The position numbers were made by a program, and so were the translations under genes. From contig JBCBUK010000014.1 in the NCBI GenBank assembly GCA_039818205.1, forward strand, positions 32,001-96,000: a stretch of DNA of 64,000 nucleotides, written 5' to 3'. The notes under the pieces were generated by a model, which was not told the DNA's origin, did no database searches, and worked only from the letters and a program-made list of their open reading frames with translations. Shown here one piece after another: positions 1-10,045 of the stretch (positions are counted from its first letter, which is position 1; each line of letters starts with the position of its first letter). This DNA comes from Verrucomicrobiota bacterium. Its GTDB lineage: Bacteria > Verrucomicrobiota > Verrucomicrobiia > Opitutales > Cerasicoccaceae.

Positions 1-1547
1 AGGAAGGGCGCATAACGGAGATCCGACGAGGTCCGCAGCATGTAAAAGAGCGCAAAGAAAATTGGAATCTGCAGCAAGATGGGTAAACAACCTGCCGCTG
101 GGTTGACCTTGTTCTCCTTAAAGAGCTTGGCCATCTCCTGCTGGAGCTTCGTTGGGTTGTCTTTGAATTTCTCCTGGATCGCCTTCATCGGCTCCTGGAT
201 CGTCGCCATGCGCTTGGCGGACTTAACCTGCACCTGGGTCAGCGGCCAAAGGATACCCTTAATAATACACGTGAGCAGGATGATCGCGAAGCCCCAACCC
301 CAAGTTGGAGCTAGCGGCACGATCACCCCGTGGAGGCTTACCAAGGCCCAAAGGAGCAGCTTGCTGATCCCGCCAAAGAAGCCAAACTGCATAATCTTGT
401 CCTGGTCCTGCCCCAAAGTGTTCAAGCGGAAGTATTCCTTCGGCCCGACGTAGAAGCTTGCCTGAATCGACTTGCGATCACCGGCAGGTACTTTGCCGAG
501 ATTGAACTCCATTGCACCAGTCACCCCTTTTTGGAGGTCCGGATCTTCGATCGTTGCACTCAGGTCAACTGGACGGGCAAAAATCCCCGTTCCTTGAACG
601 CCCTGCGGCGTCAGCACTGAGGCGAAAAACTGATTCTTTATTGAAGCCCAGGTAACGGAACCTTCCAACTGTTGCTTGCTCTCGTAGATGTATTCATTTG
701 GAGAGCTTCGGCCAATCCCCAGAAAGCCGTTCGAACCGGTAAACTTGGTCATTTTGAGGAAGTCGGCGTCCCCATTGACGTAATACCCGAAGTTCAGGAA
801 TTCCTTCGTTACATCGCCCTTGGTTGGGGGCGCAGTTCCAGCATTGATATACAATGCCTTGAGCGGAAAGCTCTGGTCACCGGTGTTGACGAAGTAAGTT
901 TCGTGCTGGATCAAGTAAGGGTCGGAATCGTCCTGCGGCCCGGGAAGCTTGTAGGCACGGACAACTGCTAAACCGCTCGGATCTTTATAGATAAATTGAA
1001 TACGGCGCTCTTCCCGATCAACTTGATCGACCTCGTAGTGTGGTGCCACTTCTTCCGGGCGGCCGTCTTCGTCAGAATCCAGGCTGATCGCCAAGGCTGG
1101 AATGTCCGAACCAGCGCCAAACACATAGGGCTCCGTGGAATCCAGAGTCGCCGGATACTTCAAACGGCCATCACTCGTCTCGTCGATGAATGCCACCGAC
1201 TTAATCGCGCCACCCTTGCTGGTGAAAGTCACTTCGATGAAGTCGTTCTTGAGCAGGTAAGTTTGCTCTTCCTCCTCGCTCTTCTGCGTCAGGCTCGGGC
1301 TGAAGGTAGTCTTGCCCTCAGCGGTCGAAGCAAACACGCTTCCGCCACTCTGCTCCGCCTCGGTCGCATCGAGCTTCTCGATTGCCTCGTCTGCCGATTC
1401 CTCGACCTCCTTCGACTGAGCTTGCTGAAGTTCTTCTAGGGCCCGTTGTTCGTCCGCAGCGCGTTGTGCCTCTTTCGCTTGATGCGACATGAGGAATATG
1501 CCCGCCGCTAACAGCAGAACCCCGATAACTGTATTCTTCTTATCCAT
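1..1547 (-). CDS. yidC: Membrane protein insertase YidC (3' end runs off the window)
   Basis: My translation of the minus strand from ATG at 1547: MDKKNTVIGVLLLAAGIFLMSHQ..., a periplasmic domain, then WGWGFAIILLTCIIKGILWPLT...KENKVNPAAGCLPILLQIPIFFALFYMLRT, the conserved YidC core. Not in the ORF track because it is truncated. Confidence 0.95.
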   Translation of the reverse strand, partial: MDKKNTVIGVLLLAAGIFLMSHQAKEAQRAADEQRALEELQQAQSKEVEESADEAIEKLDATEAEQSGGSVFASTAEGKTTFSPSLTQKSEEEEQTYLLKNDFIEVTFTSKGGAIKSVAFIDETSDGRLKYPATLDSTEPYVFGAGSDIPALAISLDSDEDGRPEEVAPHYEVDQVDREERRIQFIYKDPSGLAVVRAYKLPGPQDDSDPYLIQHETYFVNTGDQSFPLKALYINAGTAPPTKGDVTKEFLNFGYYVNGDADFLKMTKFTGSNGFLGIGRSSPNEYIYESKQQLEGSVTWASIKNQFFASVLTPQGVQGTGIFARPVDLSATIEDPDLQKGVTGAMEFNLGKVPAGDRKSIQASFYVGPKEYFRLNTLGQDQDKIMQFGFFGGISKLLLWALVSLHGVIVPLAPTWGWGFAIILLTCIIKGILWPLTQVQVKSAKRMATIQEPMKAIQEKFKDNPTKLQQEMAKLFKENKVNPAAGCLPILLQIPIFFALFYMLRTSSDLRYAPF

Positions 1548-1748
1548 GGATGAAAACGCCAGCCCGGTTCAGGGCCGTCGCGAGTGAAAACGGACTAGCG
1601 AAACGCTTTCCGGGCGCGCATCAACGTTATTCTGCACCGATACGACATCGGATTTTTCGAGTTTCTCCAACAAATTGGCGATTTTCCCGGCCCAAATCGT
1701 GCTGTTGTCCAAGCGCAAACGGGCCTTGGGCGACTCCAAACGCCTAAC

Positions 1749-1763
1749 TGCAAAATATTTGCA
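1749..1763. promoter_or_regulatory. Palindrome TGCAAA-ATA-TTTGCA, putative Fur-family (Zur-like) operator
   Basis: 6-3-6 inverted repeat in an AT-rich tract ~30 bp upstream of the metal ABC operon start. Confidence 0.5.
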
Positions 1764-1793
1764 CTTTAAAAAATAGTGGCACAAGATTGCCTG

Positions 1794-2858
1794 ATGTTCC
1801 GTATCCTGATCGCATGCCTCGCCACAGGCCTACTGCCATTTTCCCTCTGGGCAAGGGTGGAAGTCGTCGCGGCTAATGCCATCATCGCAGATTGGGTCGA
1901 GCAGATCGGTGGCGACCAGGTCGCCATCACCACGCTGGTCGAAGCCGGGGAAGACCCCCATCACTTCGAGCCAAGCCCTCGGATGATACGTAAACTCGCA
2001 AAAGCCGATATTATTATCGAGTTTGGCCAAGGAATGGAGCCATGGCTCGAGGATTTGATCGCCGCCAGCGACACATCTGCTCAGATCATTACACTGACCT
2101 ACGGCCTCGACCTCATGGCGACCGGCGACCCCTATTGGTCGGAAATTCCCGAACTGCACCAAGATGCGGAAAACAAGCCACCCTGCTGCAGTGGTGACGC
2201 CATCGAGGAGAACAAAGTCTGGGCAATAATGATTGCCACGCTTGAGATAGAGCACGCAGTCGAATGCGAGGACCACGAACATGGTTACGCCGACCACCAT
2301 GCCCATGAGCACGGCGAATACGACCCTCATGTCTGGCTCGATCCGCAAATGGCTCTCATGATGGTGCTAACCATTGATGGGGCTCTAGCGGACGCCGATC
2401 CCGATTCCGCCGCCACGTTCAGCAAACGTCGCGAGGCTTACCTCGAAGAGTTGATCGACCTTGATGAATGGGCTGCCGCACAGCTCGCAACCATCCCCGT
2501 CGAGCACCGATTCCTGATCAACTACCACGACAATTTACGCTATTTCGGACGACGCTACGGATTTATCACGCCCAAGAGCGTCCTCGGGACCAACACGACC
2601 GAGGCCTCCGATCCGTCAGCCAAAGAATTTGCTACGCTGGTCAAGTGGATCCAAAAGCACCAGGTTCCAGCTCTGTTCGTGGATGCGACTGCGAATGAGA
2701 AACTCACCCGCCAAATCTCGCGAGAGGCCGGACTGCCCGACCCGTACCGACTCTACACTGGCAATTTGTCGCCCGATGCAGAAGCCAGCGACTACCTGAG
2801 CATGATGCGAACCAACGTCAACACGCTGACGGAGGCTTTGGCCCAGCCGCGACCCTGA
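1794..2858 (+). CDS. Zn/Mn ABC transporter substrate-binding protein (ZnuA/TroA/MntA family)
   Basis: Signal peptide; DPHHFEPSP and DPHVWLDP motifs; His-rich loop; ATG at 1794 preferred over GTG at 1776. Confidence 0.92.
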   Translation: MFRILIACLATGLLPFSLWARVEVVAANAIIADWVEQIGGDQVAITTLVEAGEDPHHFEPSPRMIRKLAKADIIIEFGQGMEPWLEDLIAASDTSAQIITLTYGLDLMATGDPYWSEIPELHQDAENKPPCCSGDAIEENKVWAIMIATLEIEHAVECEDHEHGYADHHAHEHGEYDPHVWLDPQMALMMVLTIDGALADADPDSAATFSKRREAYLEELIDLDEWAAAQLATIPVEHRFLINYHDNLRYFGRRYGFITPKSVLGTNTTEASDPSAKEFATLVKWIQKHQVPALFVDATANEKLTRQISREAGLPDPYRLYTGNLSPDAEASDYLSMMRTNVNTLTEALAQPRP

Positions 2859-3589
2859 TGTTTTCGGACACCAAACCCTGGCTCCGCTATCATGCGACCT
2901 GCGGCGGGCAGCATTCGATCGATGGCCCGGCCGTCAGCCTGGAAAACGTCACCCTTGGCTATCCGGGAAACCAAGAGCCAATTTTGCAGAGTCTCAATCT
3001 CACGCTCGGGCGTGGACGATGCGTCTCCCTCGTCGGAGACAATGGCGCGGGCAAATCGACCTTGCTCAAGTCGCTCGCCGGGCTCCTCAGTAAGCGTGCA
3101 GGTGAGATGAAGATTCTGGGGCATGCGGTCGGAAAATGTCACCACCAGGTGTCTTATTTGCCTCAACACCGCGAGATCGACTGGAGCTTCCCCATCAACG
3201 TCCGACGCTTTGTTGCCACGGGTGCCTACATTCACCTCGGGTGGTTTCGCCGATCGGGCAAAACGGAGCTAGAACGGGCCGAGGCGATACTCGATAATCT
3301 CCAACTGCTTGATCTGGGAAAAAAGAGGCTCAACGAGCTCTCGGGCGGCCAGCAACAGCGCGTCTTGCTTGCGCGAACACTGCTTCATGGGGCGGAGCTC
3401 CTGCTGCTGGACGAGCCATTGAACGCGGTTGACGCCGAAAACCGGGCGCGATTGATCGAGGCACTCCACGCGCTCAAAGCAGAGGGCAAGACCATGCTGA
3501 TCGCCACTCACGACCTGGATTTCGGCGCTGGGTTCTTCGATGCAAGCTACCGCGTCGGCGAAGGCACGGCAAAGGAGGAGCCCGCTTGA
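2858..3589 (+). CDS. Metal ABC transporter ATP-binding protein (ZnuC/MntB-like)
   Basis: Walker A GDNGAGKST, LSGGQQQR signature, LLLLDEP Walker B; overlaps the upstream stop. Confidence 0.95.
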   Translation: MFSDTKPWLRYHATCGGQHSIDGPAVSLENVTLGYPGNQEPILQSLNLTLGRGRCVSLVGDNGAGKSTLLKSLAGLLSKRAGEMKILGHAVGKCHHQVSYLPQHREIDWSFPINVRRFVATGAYIHLGWFRRSGKTELERAEAILDNLQLLDLGKKRLNELSGGQQQRVLLARTLLHGAELLLLDEPLNAVDAENRARLIEALHALKAEGKTMLIATHDLDFGAGFFDASYRVGEGTAKEEPA

Positions 3590-4401
3590 TCACTTGGTTA
3601 ACGGAGCCCTTCGAGCTGGACTTCATGCAGCGGGCACTAGTCGCCGGAACGCTGGCCGGGGTCAACTGCGCGGCTATTGGTGTCTATATTGTCCAGCGTC
3701 GGATGTCGTTTTTCGGCGGGGCACTTTCCCACACCGTTTTGCCCGGAATGGTATTCGCCTTCCTGCGCGGAATCGACATCTTCTGGGGAGCCCTCGCGGC
3801 TGCGCTCGCCACGGCCTTCGGTGTTGGCTGGCTAGTGAAGCGGCGTGAAGTCAGCGAAGACGCTGCCATTGGCGTATTCTTATCGGGCATGTTTGCTCTC
3901 GGAATCCTGATGATGAGCCAGGTGAACTCCTTCCGAGATTTCAATGCACTGCTTTTTGGCAGCGTACTCGGAGTCACACCCGCCGACCTCGGACTAACGG
4001 CCATTGTAACCCTCATTACCTTGGGAACACTCTTCGCCTACCACAAGGAGCTGGAGCTGGCTTCAATCGACCCAGAATACGCCCAAGTCATCGGTGCACG
4101 GCCAAACCAACTCCGAACCCTCCTCTTGGCGCTGACAGCCCTGAGCGTCGTGACCGCCGTGCGGGTGGTGGGCGCTCTGATGGCGACGGCTCTGCTGATC
4201 ACGCCCGCCGCTGCGGCTCTGCTTTGGGCCCGCTCCATTGTTGGAGCCATGCTTATTGCGACCGGGATATCAGTGTTCAGTGCCGTTTGCGGGCTGATCG
4301 TCTCCTACCACTACGATTTAAGCTCGGGCGCATCGATCGTACTCACCGCAACGGCTTGCTTTGGCTTGAGCTGGCTGTTACGAGTCGTGCTCAAACGATA
4401 G
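3586..4401 (+). CDS. Metal ABC transporter permease (ZnuB/MntC-like)
   Basis: FMQRAL...ALSHTVLPG...EDAAIG motifs; multiple TM segments; third gene of the operon. Confidence 0.93.
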   Translation: MITWLTEPFELDFMQRALVAGTLAGVNCAAIGVYIVQRRMSFFGGALSHTVLPGMVFAFLRGIDIFWGALAAALATAFGVGWLVKRREVSEDAAIGVFLSGMFALGILMMSQVNSFRDFNALLFGSVLGVTPADLGLTAIVTLITLGTLFAYHKELELASIDPEYAQVIGARPNQLRTLLLALTALSVVTAVRVVGALMATALLITPAAAALLWARSIVGAMLIATGISVFSAVCGLIVSYHYDLSSGASIVLTATACFGLSWLLRVVLKR

Positions 4402-4510
4402 GCGATACCTGGCATAAGAAACGTTCAGGTAAACTTGGGGCGAATCGGCGCTTTACACATTGCCGTTGCGCCCTACCGTAATGCGTTTTGCATAAGTATC
4501 AGCCTAGCCT

Positions 4511-5842
4511 ATGAAGCAACGGACCATATTGCGTGACGCCTCCGTCAAGGGGAAAGCTCTTCACACTGGTGAAGAGGTAACGCTCACCCTCAAGCCAGCC
4601 CCAGAAAACCACGGAATCGTTTTCCGCCGCGTCGACCTCTATGGAAAGCCTGAGCTAAAGCCCAACGTTTCCCTGGTCTCGGACGTCGTTCGCAGCACCA
4701 CGATTTCCAATGGGCACGCCAAGGTCCACACCATTGAGCACGTGTTGAGCGCGTTGCACGGCTGCGCCATCGACAATGCTGTCGTCGAAATGGACGCCTC
4801 CGAGCCGCCAATTCTGGACGGATCGGCAAAACACTACGTGAATCTCATTCAGGAGGCAGAACCCGTCGAACAGGAAGCCGAGCGGGAATACATCGAGCTG
4901 GTCGAACCCGTCAGCGTGACCAAAGGCGCCAGCTCGCTCATTGCCCTGCCCTGCGACCAATTTAAAATCACGTGCACCAGCGCGGATGACCGCGGAATCC
5001 ACACCCAGCACATTTCCCTGGATATCGATCCAGAGTCTTACGTGGCGCAAATCGCTCCCGCGCGGACATTTACTATCTACGAAGATATCGAGGAGCTCCT
5101 GAAACTCGGCAAAATCCAAGGCGGTAGCCTGGACAGCGCAATCGTAATCAAGGGTGACAAAATTCTCTCCAAAGAGCCCCTTCGGTTCAAAGAGGAATTC
5201 GCCCGACATAAAGTTCTCGATGTCGTTGGTGATCTGATGCTTCTCGGCAAACCGATCAAGGCCCACATCGTGGCTGTTCGGCCCGGACACGCCCTGAACG
5301 CCGAGCTCTGCAAGGCAATCAACGAGTCGCTGGAGAAGGCACAGAAACCCAAGAAATCCGCCGCGAAAGGCCCCCAGCAGGTGATGTCTCATGAGACGGC
5401 CCTGGATATTCGCCGGATCCTAGACACACTGCCGCACCGCTATCCATTTGTCATGATTGACCGCGTCATTGACATCCCCAATCAGGATGAATTGACCGCG
5501 ATTAAGAACGTTACGATCAACGAACCCTATTTCATGGGCCACTTCCCTGGGCAGCCGGTGATGCCGGGCGTCCTGCAAATTGAAGCGATGGCCCAAGCCG
5601 CCGGCATCCTGATGCTGCGCCGGATCAGTTCGGAGAACAAAATTGCGTTCTTTATGAGCTGCGATAAGGTGAAGTTCCGCCGTGCCGTCGTGCCCGGTGA
5701 CGTCGTCGAAATCCATGTGAAGCTGACGAAGAACCGTGGCAATAAAATCGGAGTGGCTGCCGGGACCTGTAAAGTGAATGGAAAAGCGGTTTCGTCGGCT
5801 GAATTAATGTTTACGATTGTCGACGCTGGTGGCGATATGTAA
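4511..5842 (+). CDS. lpxC-fabZ: Bifunctional UDP-3-O-acyl-GlcNAc deacetylase / 3-hydroxyacyl-ACP dehydratase (LpxC-FabZ fusion)
   Basis: LpxC motifs [23 protein letters not shown]; FabZ motifs [27 protein letters not shown]. Confidence 0.97.
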   Translation: MKQRTILRDASVKGKALHTGEEVTLTLKPAPENHGIVFRRVDLYGKPELKPNVSLVSDVVRSTTISNGHAKVHTIEHVLSALHGCAIDNAVVEMDASEPPILDGSAKHYVNLIQEAEPVEQEAEREYIELVEPVSVTKGASSLIALPCDQFKITCTSADDRGIHTQHISLDIDPESYVAQIAPARTFTIYEDIEELLKLGKIQGGSLDSAIVIKGDKILSKEPLRFKEEFARHKVLDVVGDLMLLGKPIKAHIVAVRPGHALNAELCKAINESLEKAQKPKKSAAKGPQQVMSHETALDIRRILDTLPHRYPFVMIDRVIDIPNQDELTAIKNVTINEPYFMGHFPGQPVMPGVLQIEAMAQAAGILMLRRISSENKIAFFMSCDKVKFRRAVVPGDVVEIHVKLTKNRGNKIGVAAGTCKVNGKAVSSAELMFTIVDAGGDM

Positions 5843-5859
5843 GGTGTAAACAGAAGAAG

Positions 5860-6636
5860 ATGCCCGCAGACATTCACTCCACCGCAATTGTCGAATCTGG
5901 AGCGCAAATCGCCGATGATGTTGTAATTGGTGCCTACGCCTACATCGGCGCAGACGTCACCCTCGGACCGGAAACCGTCGTTCACCATCACGCGACCGTT
6001 GAAGGCAAGACCATCCTTGGCGAGAAAAACGAAGTTTGGCCCTACGCGCTGATCGGAGGCAAGACTCACGACCTCAAGTTTGAAGGCGGAAAGCCCGGCC
6101 TCAAAGTGGGTGACCGCAACGTTTTCCGCGAATACGTCACCGTCCACACCGCAACCAAGGCCGACGAATTCACCACCCTAGGCGACGACAACGTCGTCTT
6201 GGCCTATAGCCACATTGCTCACGACTGCCAGATCGGCAACCACCTGATCATGAGCAGCCACGCAGCCTTTGGTGGCCACGTGATCGTGGGAGACAATGTC
6301 AACGTGGGCTGGAATGCCGGAATCCATCAATTTTGCCGCATTGGCGAACACGCCATGATCGGTGCCTGCGCCAAAGCGGTGCAGGATGTCCCACCGCTCA
6401 TGATCGCCGACGGCAACCCGGCGGAGATCAAGACGATCAACAAAGTCGGTCTTGAGCGCTCTGGTTTTACCTCGGAAGACATCACAATCGCCCGAGCAGC
6501 CTTCAAAATCCTCTATCGCGAGAGCCTCAACCGCGCTCAGGCACTGGAGAAGCTACGGCAGCACGACCAGGTAGAAGACCGCGTGATCCAGCTGATTCTA
6601 GGCTTTGCCAAAGGCAGTGTCCGCGGCTGGAGCTAG
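5860..6636 (+). CDS. lpxA: Acyl-ACP--UDP-N-acetylglucosamine O-acyltransferase
   Basis: Hexapeptide repeats, HIAHDC, IHQFCRIG; directly after fabZ. Confidence 0.97.
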   Translation: MPADIHSTAIVESGAQIADDVVIGAYAYIGADVTLGPETVVHHHATVEGKTILGEKNEVWPYALIGGKTHDLKFEGGKPGLKVGDRNVFREYVTVHTATKADEFTTLGDDNVVLAYSHIAHDCQIGNHLIMSSHAAFGGHVIVGDNVNVGWNAGIHQFCRIGEHAMIGACAKAVQDVPPLMIADGNPAEIKTINKVGLERSGFTSEDITIARAAFKILYRESLNRAQALEKLRQHDQVEDRVIQLILGFAKGSVRGWS

Positions 6637-6793
6637 GGGTCATTAGCCTGGCTCATAGAAAATTGCAGAATCATTAATACTGCCAAGCACTGAGAGATTT
6701 GAGACTGATTTCTTCGGCCTGTGTGAAAATCTCGCAACATAAGCACCTGCCTATCAAAAGATAAGGAATCTTGAGCCAAACTTTTACTTGCTT

Positions 6794-6812
6794 TGGCAAA
6801 GTGACTTTGCCA
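6794..6812. promoter_or_regulatory. Perfect 9-1-9 inverted repeat TGGCAAAGT-G-ACTTTGCCA, putative operator
   Basis: Ends 10 bp before the ATG of a two-gene operon that encodes a winged-HTH regulator. Confidence 0.6.
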
Positions 6813-6822
6813 TACAAAGAGA

Positions 6823-7467
6823 ATGTCCTTTGGCCTGCACAACGCCCTCCGCGAAGTGCGCGAGTTGAAACACCGAATCCTCGCCAAGCAGCGCTTTAAA
6901 GGGTATTCCGGCCGGGCTCGAGCCCTGGGGGGCTGTGTCGCATTCGCGGCTGCCCTGCTCCTACAAGGTGGCTATTTCTCCGTTTCCTTGACCACTTTGC
7001 TCGTAACCTGGGGGCTAGTCCTGGCAGCCAGCCTCGCCCTCAACTACGGTGCGCTGGTGTATTGGTTTCTCTATGACGAGGAGGTCGGGCGCGATTGGTC
7101 CAAGCTCAAGCCAGCTTTGGAAGTCATTCCCACGTATGTAGTTGGAGTATTTGCAACCGTAGCCTGTATCGACCAGCGAGCGCCCGAGCTATTGCCAGGG
7201 ATCTGGATGTCCCTCTACGGCCTGGCGAATCTCGCCTCCCGCCATATACTGCCGCGGCGTATTGGCTGGGTTGGCGCGTGGTATGTTGCGACTGGGGCAA
7301 TATGTCTCGCCTGGCCAACCTGGGCCTGGCATACGCCGCTGGCCATGGGCAGCGCGTTCTTCATCGGAGAATGGCTAGGCGGATTGGTTTTACACTATGA
7401 CGAAGAGGAGGGCCGCACGGTTTGGTCCTTCTTTGGACTCCCAAATTTCAATCAGAACTATGAGTAA
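6823..7467 (+). CDS. Hypothetical integral membrane protein (~6 TM)
   Basis: Hydrophobic helices; overlaps the downstream regulator start. Confidence 0.75.
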   Translation: MSFGLHNALREVRELKHRILAKQRFKGYSGRARALGGCVAFAAALLLQGGYFSVSLTTLLVTWGLVLAASLALNYGALVYWFLYDEEVGRDWSKLKPALEVIPTYVVGVFATVACIDQRAPELLPGIWMSLYGLANLASRHILPRRIGWVGAWYVATGAICLAWPTWAWHTPLAMGSAFFIGEWLGGLVLHYDEEEGRTVWSFFGLPNFNQNYE

Positions 7468-7831
7468 GAAAGACGAAAATCCCTACGACAAACTCGCCCG
7501 TATTTTCCACGAGCCAAAGCGCCTGGCTATGATCGCAGCCGTGGCCGATTCGGAGAAAGGGCTGAGCTTCAGCGAGATTAAAGAGGCCTGCGGCCTGACG
7601 GACGGCAACCTGAACCGCCACCTGAAAATCTTGGAAGAGGAGAAGATCGTCATCGCGAAAAAGTCACTGGCCGGTAACCGCGCTCGGACGATTGTCAAAC
7701 TGTCTGCCTCTGGCCGCCGCAAATTTGTAAAGTATCTGGAGTCGTTGGAATCCGCACTTAAGCAAGCCGCCCAATCGGTCGGTGCGAAGTCGCCTGGCAA
7801 GACCACACTGCTCAAAGGGCTGACGACCTAA
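7460..7831 (+). CDS. Winged-HTH transcriptional regulator (ArsR/MarR-like, HTH_34 type)
   Basis: IFHEPKRLAMI...LSFSEIKEACGLTDGNLNRHLKILEE; ATG at 7460. Confidence 0.88.
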   Translation: MSKKDENPYDKLARIFHEPKRLAMIAAVADSEKGLSFSEIKEACGLTDGNLNRHLKILEEEKIVIAKKSLAGNRARTIVKLSASGRRKFVKYLESLESALKQAAQSVGAKSPGKTTLLKGLTT

Positions 7832-7875
7832 CCAGCCCTCAACAATTCGGCGCTCGGCGGAGTCTCGCCGGCGCC

Positions 7876-8868
7876 TCAGAAACCGGATCCGGCTGATACC
7901 ATCAATGCTCCGACCAGCAGAACGATGACGAATACCATGATCCAGACGAGCACAAGGGAGACAATCCGGGCGATGATGGCGATTGCGAATGCAGTCCCGG
8001 GCTTTTGAACATCGGTCAGCCCAATAATCAAGCCCATCAAAATACCCAGCTTGATGAAATAGAGGACAAATCCGAGGTGGAATTCAAAGTAGTCCACCGC
8101 GACGTCAACACCGATCGAGGCAATCGCCATGAGTAAGCCGACCAACAGGATCTGCCGCCACATGACCGGGAATCCTTTGACTCCGAAAGCGATCTTTAAA
8201 ACAAGCGTCGTGACGACGAATTCAACGAGGAAGCCGATGGCAAACACGATCAGGAGCCCCCACCAAGGCAGCGGTTCGTCCTCCCAGTCCTCGTCAAACT
8301 CACTATACTCGCCATATTCATCGTATTCGCCGCTATCGATGTCATCGAGCATCTGCTCAAATTCCGCAATAGCATCATCAACCGACGTGTCCTCGTTGCC
8401 AGCCGCTGGCTCGAGTGCCGGCTGCACAACCGGCTCCGCCACCGGAGGAGCGACGGTTTTAGGTGATGGTGGGTCACGAACAACAGCGGGTGCCTGCGCT
8501 TCGGCTTCTTCTCCCTCAACGGGAATGGAGGTCGCGCGATAGTTTTTGTCGACCGAGTCGCCGTTCAAGCGCCACCCCTGGCCGGATCGGTAAGTAAACT
8601 GGCCCGATCCATCAGGCGTCGTATACTCCATTTTGATGCCCTTGGTTTTGAAAACACGCCCATCGCGCAATTCAATGGTATTGCCACCATAGAGCATAAA
8701 GGCGGCGCCTGACCGCGCCAACTCGGACGATGGCGGCCCTAAAGTCTCGATCACCTCCGCGGCGGTCATTCCGCGAAACACGGGCCCCGTTTCACTCTGG
8801 CCAAAGACCTGAGGACCCATTATCGAATAGAACAGAAGTAAGACTAGGGTTAAATAGTTGCGAGACAT
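7876..8868 (-). CDS. Hypothetical membrane protein (exported N-terminal domain, Pro-rich/acidic linker, 4 C-terminal TM)
   Basis: Signal peptide, GMTAAEVIETLGPP motif, low-complexity linker, hydrophobic C-terminus. Confidence 0.75.
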   Translation of the reverse strand: MSRNYLTLVLLLFYSIMGPQVFGQSETGPVFRGMTAAEVIETLGPPSSELARSGAAFMLYGGNTIELRDGRVFKTKGIKMEYTTPDGSGQFTYRSGQGWRLNGDSVDKNYRATSIPVEGEEAEAQAPAVVRDPPSPKTVAPPVAEPVVQPALEPAAGNEDTSVDDAIAEFEQMLDDIDSGEYDEYGEYSEFDEDWEDEPLPWWGLLIVFAIGFLVEFVVTTLVLKIAFGVKGFPVMWRQILLVGLLMAIASIGVDVAVDYFEFHLGFVLYFIKLGILMGLIIGLTDVQKPGTAFAIAIIARIVSLVLVWIMVFVIVLLVGALMVSAGSGF

Positions 8869-8923
8869 TGTCGATAATCCTTACTGATAGAAATTAAACG
8901 CGCAACGCGTCTTTTTTAGAATC

Positions 8924-10045
8924 ATGACCCCAAACCCCGACGAATTGTACATGCAGCAGGCGATCGATACCGCTATGCGCGCATGGGGCGACACGCATCC
9001 CAACCCGATGGTTGGCGCGTTGATCGTTAAAAATGACGAAGTTATCGCTGAAGGTTGCCACCTTCGCGCCGGTGAATCTCACGCAGAAGTTGCGGCCTTT
9101 ATGGACCTGGGCTTTGAAACCTGCGAAGATTCCACGCTGTATGTCACACTTGAGCCCTGCTCGACCCACGGTCGGACTGGCCCCTGCACGGAAGTCATCA
9201 TCGAAAGCGGCATCCAGCGAGTGGTCGTTGGCGCCATCGATCCGAACCCCAAACACGCGGGCGAAGGCCTGACCATCCTCCGCGAGGCTGGAATCGAAGT
9301 CGCCCATGGCGTTTTGGCGGAAGAATGCGCTGAAATGAACTTCATCTTCAACCATGCGATCGTGAACGACTCCCCGCTGATGGCGGGCAAGGTCGCCATG
9401 ACCATGGATGGAAAAATTGCCACCCGCTCCAGCCACTCCCATTGGGTTACGGGCACCGAAGCCCGAGAAGATGTGATGCGCTGGCGCCGGCTTTTCCCCG
9501 CAATCGCGGTCGGGGCTGGCACCTTGATAGCGGACAACCCGTCGCTGACCGCCAGATTACCCGGAGTCGATCCATTTTGCCACACACGCTTTGTGTTCGA
9601 TCGCCAACTGCTCTCGGTCGATCACCTTGACAAACAGGTATTTAACGACGAGTGGCGGGAGAAAACTGTAGTTATCACCCAATCGGATGCCTCTCCCGAG
9701 GGCCTGCAGAAGCTCAAGGACCACGGTATCGTCTGTTGGCAACCGAGCATCGAACCCTCGGAAGCGTTTTTTCACCAATTCGAACGGAAATGCCTCGATC
9801 TCGGCATCAATGGCGTCCTGGTCGAAGGCGGCAGCGGCTTGCTCAGCGATTTGCTCGCCGAGAAGCGCCTGGACTACCTCCTCTCGTATCGCGCTCCCAA
9901 AATCCTCGCGGACGACCAGGCCCTCCCAGCTTTTCGCGGCATAACTCCCGATAAGATTTCCGACGCAATCACGCTCGAGGAAATCAAACATACTGTTTTT
10001 GGACCTGACGTTCTCACTCGAGGGTACATTGTTTACCCAGAATGA
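8924..10045 (+). CDS. ribD: Riboflavin biosynthesis deaminase/reductase RibD
   Basis: PNPMVGA, HAE, YVTLEPCS...PC, DNPSLTAR, VEGG motifs. Confidence 0.97.
   Translation: MTPNPDELYMQQAIDTAMRAWGDTHPNPMVGALIVKNDEVIAEGCHLRAGESHAEVAAFMDLGFETCEDSTLYVTLEPCSTHGRTGPCTEVIIESGIQRVVVGAIDPNPKHAGEGLTILREAGIEVAHGVLAEECAEMNFIFNHAIVNDSPLMAGKVAMTMDGKIATRSSHSHWVTGTEAREDVMRWRRLFPAIAVGAGTLIADNPSLTARLPGVDPFCHTRFVFDRQLLSVDHLDKQVFNDEWREKTVVITQSDASPEGLQKLKDHGIVCWQPSIEPSEAFFHQFERKCLDLGINGVLVEGGSGLLSDLLAEKRLDYLLSYRAPKILADDQALPAFRGITPDKISDAITLEEIKHTVFGPDVLTRGYIVYPE

Noticed and set aside
79..1439. Several plus-strand ORFs in the track
   Set aside because: Antisense shadows of yidC on the minus strand
4511..5842. LpxC-FabZ gene fusion
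   Set aside because: Well-known arrangement in Bacteroidota and Verrucomicrobiota; not novel
6794..6810. Possible sigma-54 promoter (TGGCA...TTGC)
   Set aside because: GG-GC spacing is two bases longer than the -24/-12 consensus; better explained as a palindromic operator
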